20,000 nt of DNA, from the sequence record DRR378314_1931; one strand, written 5' to 3'. Each line of letters starts with the position of its first letter. The stretch's first letter is position 1. This document shows, piece after piece, positions 17,102 through 20,000 of the stretch. The position numbers and the translations under genes are program-made. Below the pieces are notes generated by a model. That model saw only the letters and a list, made by a program, of their open reading frames with translations, was not told where the DNA came from and did no database searches.

Positions 17102-18962
17102 TGTCTGCTTCCTTAGCTAAGGTGATTTCTCCTTTACTAAAGGTAGCCCAAATAAGCTTCCGTTGAACAACTGAGTTATCAATGTGCAGTTCACCACTTA
17201 AACCCGACCAGACCAATCCAGGCATGCGATTCATCATTTCAAGTCGTTGAATCAAGGATACGCTGTCGTATCCCATGGCGGTTAAGCGCGCTAGCGACAG
17301 ACCCCACCCATTTCGCAACTCAAGCCATTGACTTAAAAGTATGTTTTTACCTGAGCTCTCTATTAACCAGGGAACGTCTGAAAAAATAATGCCATTAAGA
17401 TCTGAATCACCTAAACGATTTCTGAGTTCATGGGTAGCCGAGCTGGCATAAACAGGAATAGGTTCTGCAAATGGCGAAACGCTGACATCAATAAAGGGTT
17501 TTAACAGACGCGTCTGTTGTAGATTGCCCGGCAGGTAAATCGCACTAATGTCTCTTCGGCTGCGTTCCTGCTCATCAACAATAATTTTCCCTGCGGCAAT
17601 TTTAACTACGCGAATACGCTGCTGACTGTCAGTTAACCCCAGCGAACGCTCGACCGTAGTCTTCATATCTTCGCGTTCAGAAAAATAGGAGATAGTGGGC
17701 TGTTCAGCCTGCTCATTTTCCCAACTGGAGGTGAAGGCATCAACCATTCTGCGGCCGCTGGAGCCATCTGCAGTAATGACTAGTGCACTTTTTGAACTGA
17801 GAAATTGCTGGTTAATTTTCTGCGCGGCTTGCTGAGCTTCGCTCTCAGGGCTTAGTGCGAAAAAGACATTGGTTAATGAGTTTTGTGCTGCTTCATCGTC
17901 AATCTGATTAAGATAAACCTGAGGAATACCCGTAATAGGGTGTGCTGACCACGCGGCTACCTTGTCTTTTAATAGTGGGCCAATAATTCCTACGGGGCTC
18001 AGTTCCTCTATTTGTTTTTGCTGAGACTCAATGTCGCTCGCTTCGCTGTCTATAAAGACAACTCTTAGGTTTTTCATTTCGCCGGTGCGGGCGATAACAC
18101 CGTCACGCACAGCCTGGCCTTGTTGTTTGTAGCGGCCGGATAATGGTAATAACACCGCGAGGGTAGGTTCTGGGGATGCCTGCTCGGCTTCCGGTTCACT
18201 TTCTGACGGCTTTAACGGCGGCTCAAGCCAGATATCGACCAGAGTAGCAGCGTCGTGGTTTGGGAAGCTTTGTTGCCACTGACTTAAGTATGATGTCAGA
18301 CTATCAGGGTGAGTCATTGCCTGATGATGATAATCGACCAATCGCCACCAACCCGCCAGGGCCAGGTCGTTAGGCCGCTGCTGCGGAAGCTCTGACTGTT
18401 TAATCCGGCGCGCAATGGACCAGACTGTATCGGTATTCCGCTGTTCTGCAAAGCGCTGGGCATCAACTTGCCAGACCAGCGACTGCCAGTAGTCTTGTTG
18501 CTGATAAGCGGCCTGTGAAAGCAACTGCAGACTCAGAACGCGAAACTCTCGTTGATTAAACTGAGTGGCAACATCTTCAAGCTCTTCTATTACCTTTGCC
18601 CAGACTTTCTGCTCTGCGGCCCAGCGGGCTTTTGCCAGGCGGTAATATTTCTGACTATGATGAGTAATTTTTTTCGGAGCTAATTGCGAAAGAATAGCGG
18701 CCGCCTGTTGCCATTGATGCTCATTTTGAAAAGCATTAGCGGCTCTTATTAAAGCAGAGTGTTGCTCAACTTCATTTGCTGCTGCATCGGCCTCCTGTAA
18801 CCAGTCCCCGGCTGACTTTTCTTCTGTTAAGCTTAATTCCTGATCAGCGACATCGACAGCCTTTGCCGGGTCCTTCGTCGAACGGTCAGGGGCAGAGGTA
18901 CACTGGGTCAATACCAGTAATGCCATTAGAGCTAAAAGTACAAATGAATGAGTTCTAAACAC
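17079..18962 (-). CDS. lpoA: Penicillin-binding protein 1A activator LpoA (LppC family)
   Basis: GTG start; helical N-domain (LAGWW, WQQSFPNHDAA), LAVLLPLSG, IIGPLLK, FALSPESEA, LKPFID, PVYASS, RLTAMGYD, GLSGEL; divergent from rsmI. Confidence 0.93.
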   Translation of the reverse strand: MFRTHSFVLLALMALLVLTQCTSAPDRSTKDPAKAVDVADQELSLTEEKSAGDWLQEADAAANEVEQHSALIRAANAFQNEHQWQQAAAILSQLAPKKITHHSQKYYRLAKARWAAEQKVWAKVIEELEDVATQFNQREFRVLSLQLLSQAAYQQQDYWQSLVWQVDAQRFAEQRNTDTVWSIARRIKQSELPQQRPNDLALAGWWRLVDYHHQAMTHPDSLTSYLSQWQQSFPNHDAATLVDIWLEPPLKPSESEPEAEQASPEPTLAVLLPLSGRYKQQGQAVRDGVIARTGEMKNLRVVFIDSEASDIESQQKQIEELSPVGIIGPLLKDKVAAWSAHPITGIPQVYLNQIDDEAAQNSLTNVFFALSPESEAQQAAQKINQQFLSSKSALVITADGSSGRRMVDAFTSSWENEQAEQPTISYFSEREDMKTTVERSLGLTDSQQRIRVVKIAAGKIIVDEQERSRRDISAIYLPGNLQQTRLLKPFIDVSVSPFAEPIPVYASSATHELRNRLGDSDLNGIIFSDVPWLIESSGKNILLSQWLELRNGWGLSLARLTAMGYDSVSLIQRLEMMNRMPGLVWSGLSGELHIDNSVVQRKLIWATFSKGEITLAKEADNAGSRYR

Positions 18963-18991
18963 TGTAAGGTTCCGCTTTGGTGCCTGTTCGG

Positions 18992-19024
18992 TGATACTAT
19001 AAACGGCATTGACGTTGGAAACAA
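18992..19024. promoter_or_regulatory. Overlapping divergent promoters for rsmI (+) and lpoA operon (-)
   Basis: Plus: extended -10 TGaTACTAT 18992-19000. Minus: TTGTTT (19024-19019), 17 nt, TATAGT (19001-18996). Confidence 0.45.
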
Positions 19025-19037
19025 ACAGAGACTGATT

Positions 19038-19892
19038 ATGGCAGAGCAGGGCATTCTTTATATTGTACCGACACCTATCGGTAATTTAGGCGATATAACG
19101 GAAAGAGCAGTTAAAACCTTGGCTGAAGTTGCAGCCATTGCAGCGGAAGATACTAGACATACACGCAAGCTAATGCAGCATTACGGTATACAAAATGATG
19201 TATTTGCCTTGCATGAACATAATGAGACACAGCGTGTGGACGCGGTTATCGAGCGTTTGCTGCAAGGTGATTCGCTGGCGTTAGTCAGTGATGCAGGTAC
19301 GCCACTCATCAATGACCCTGGTTATGTTTTGGTGCATCGTTGCAGGGAACGCGGGCTGAAGGTTATTGCGTTACCCGGTGCCTGCGCTGTTACGGTTGCT
19401 CTGTCTGCAGCCGGGTTACCAACAGACCGGTTTGCTTTTGAAGGCTTTTTGCCATCAAAGCCCCAGCAACGTCGTGCAAAGCTGGAGGCTCTGAAGACCG
19501 AAACCCGGACTGTTGTTGTGTATGAAAGCCCTCACCGAATTTTACATACGCTGACTGATATGAACGTGGTTTTAGGCAGTGGCCGGCAGATAGTGCTTGC
19601 GCGCGAGTTGACTAAGCAGTTTGAGACATACTTAAATGGCACTGCGGCTGAATTGTTGCAGGCTTTAACCGACGATACAAACCAACAGCGCGGCGAAATG
19701 GTTTTGCTAATAGCACCGGCACAGTCAGAAGCCGATGTTCGTGACGGTCCGGGAGAAGCGGCTAAGCGCACGTTACTGCTGTTACTAGAAGAGTTGCCGT
19801 TAAAAAAGGCGGCAGCTATGACCGCAAAAATTCACGATGAACGGAAAAATGAACTCTACCAGTGGGCGCTTGAGAATAAAAATAATGAGTGA
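19038..19892 (+). CDS. rsmI: 16S rRNA (cytidine1402-2'-O)-methyltransferase
   Basis: Start reassigned to ATG 19038: LYIVPTPIGNLGDIT, AAEDTRHT, LVSDAGTPLINDPG, FEGFLP, YESPHR, ARELTKQFE; 284 aa. Confidence 0.98.
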   Translation: MAEQGILYIVPTPIGNLGDITERAVKTLAEVAAIAAEDTRHTRKLMQHYGIQNDVFALHEHNETQRVDAVIERLLQGDSLALVSDAGTPLINDPGYVLVHRCRERGLKVIALPGACAVTVALSAAGLPTDRFAFEGFLPSKPQQRRAKLEALKTETRTVVVYESPHRILHTLTDMNVVLGSGRQIVLARELTKQFETYLNGTAAELLQALTDDTNQQRGEMVLLIAPAQSEADVRDGPGEAAKRTLLLLLEELPLKKAAAMTAKIHDERKNELYQWALENKNNE

Positions 19893-19900
19893 AACAAAGA

Positions 19901-19936
19901 TTGAGTTAATGCCTGCTGCAGCGTAGAATCCCCCGC
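19901..19936 (+). promoter_or_regulatory. sigma70 promoter of rnpB with GC-rich discriminator
   Basis: TTGAGT (19901-19906), 17 nt, TAGAAT (19924-19929), CCCCCGC discriminator directly before the RNA 5' end. Confidence 0.8.
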
Positions 19937-19937
19937 G

Positions 19938-20000
19938 GAGAGCTGGCCAGACAATCGCCGCCTGTTTACAGGGGGAGGAAAGTCCGGGCTCCATAGGGCA
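19938..20000 (+). ncRNA. rnpB: RNase P RNA (type A), 5' portion, truncated by window edge
   Basis: GAGAGCTGGCCAGACAATCGCCG...GAGGAAAGTCCGGGCTCCATAGGGCA contains the universal GAGGAAAGUCC P4 motif; follows rsmI. 5' end approximate (+/-2 nt). Confidence 0.97.

Overview
A conserved core-genome segment of a marine gammaproteobacterium. Gene order and acidic proteins suggest Alteromonadales, probably Idiomarina-like (inference, not a database result). Order: kdsD (minus, runs off the left edge, absent from the ORF track) <- -> tetR-family regulator, mlaFEDCB, ibaG, murA -> <- degS, degQ, zapG(yhcB) <- -> zapE, rplM-rpsI, petABC (cytochrome bc1), sspAB -> <- dolP(yraP), diaA-like, yraN, lpoA <- -> rsmI, 5' end of rnpB. 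I see no mobile element, CRISPR array, prophage or defence island, and cannot support a wholly new multi-gene system. The best lead is a TetR repressor gene with a C-terminal CxxC, sitting directly upstream of the Mla operon where E. coli has yrbG. It has a well-spaced promoter, an overlapping operator-like palindrome, and a second related site in front of mlaF. Other leads are a sigmaE-type promoter for degQ, a degS promoter inside a perfect 13-bp inverted repeat, a DiaA with a ~16-aa deletion and eroded SIS motifs, a GASGG DegS, an atypical LpoA lipobox, a structured rplM leader, and hairpins built into both convergent gene junctions.
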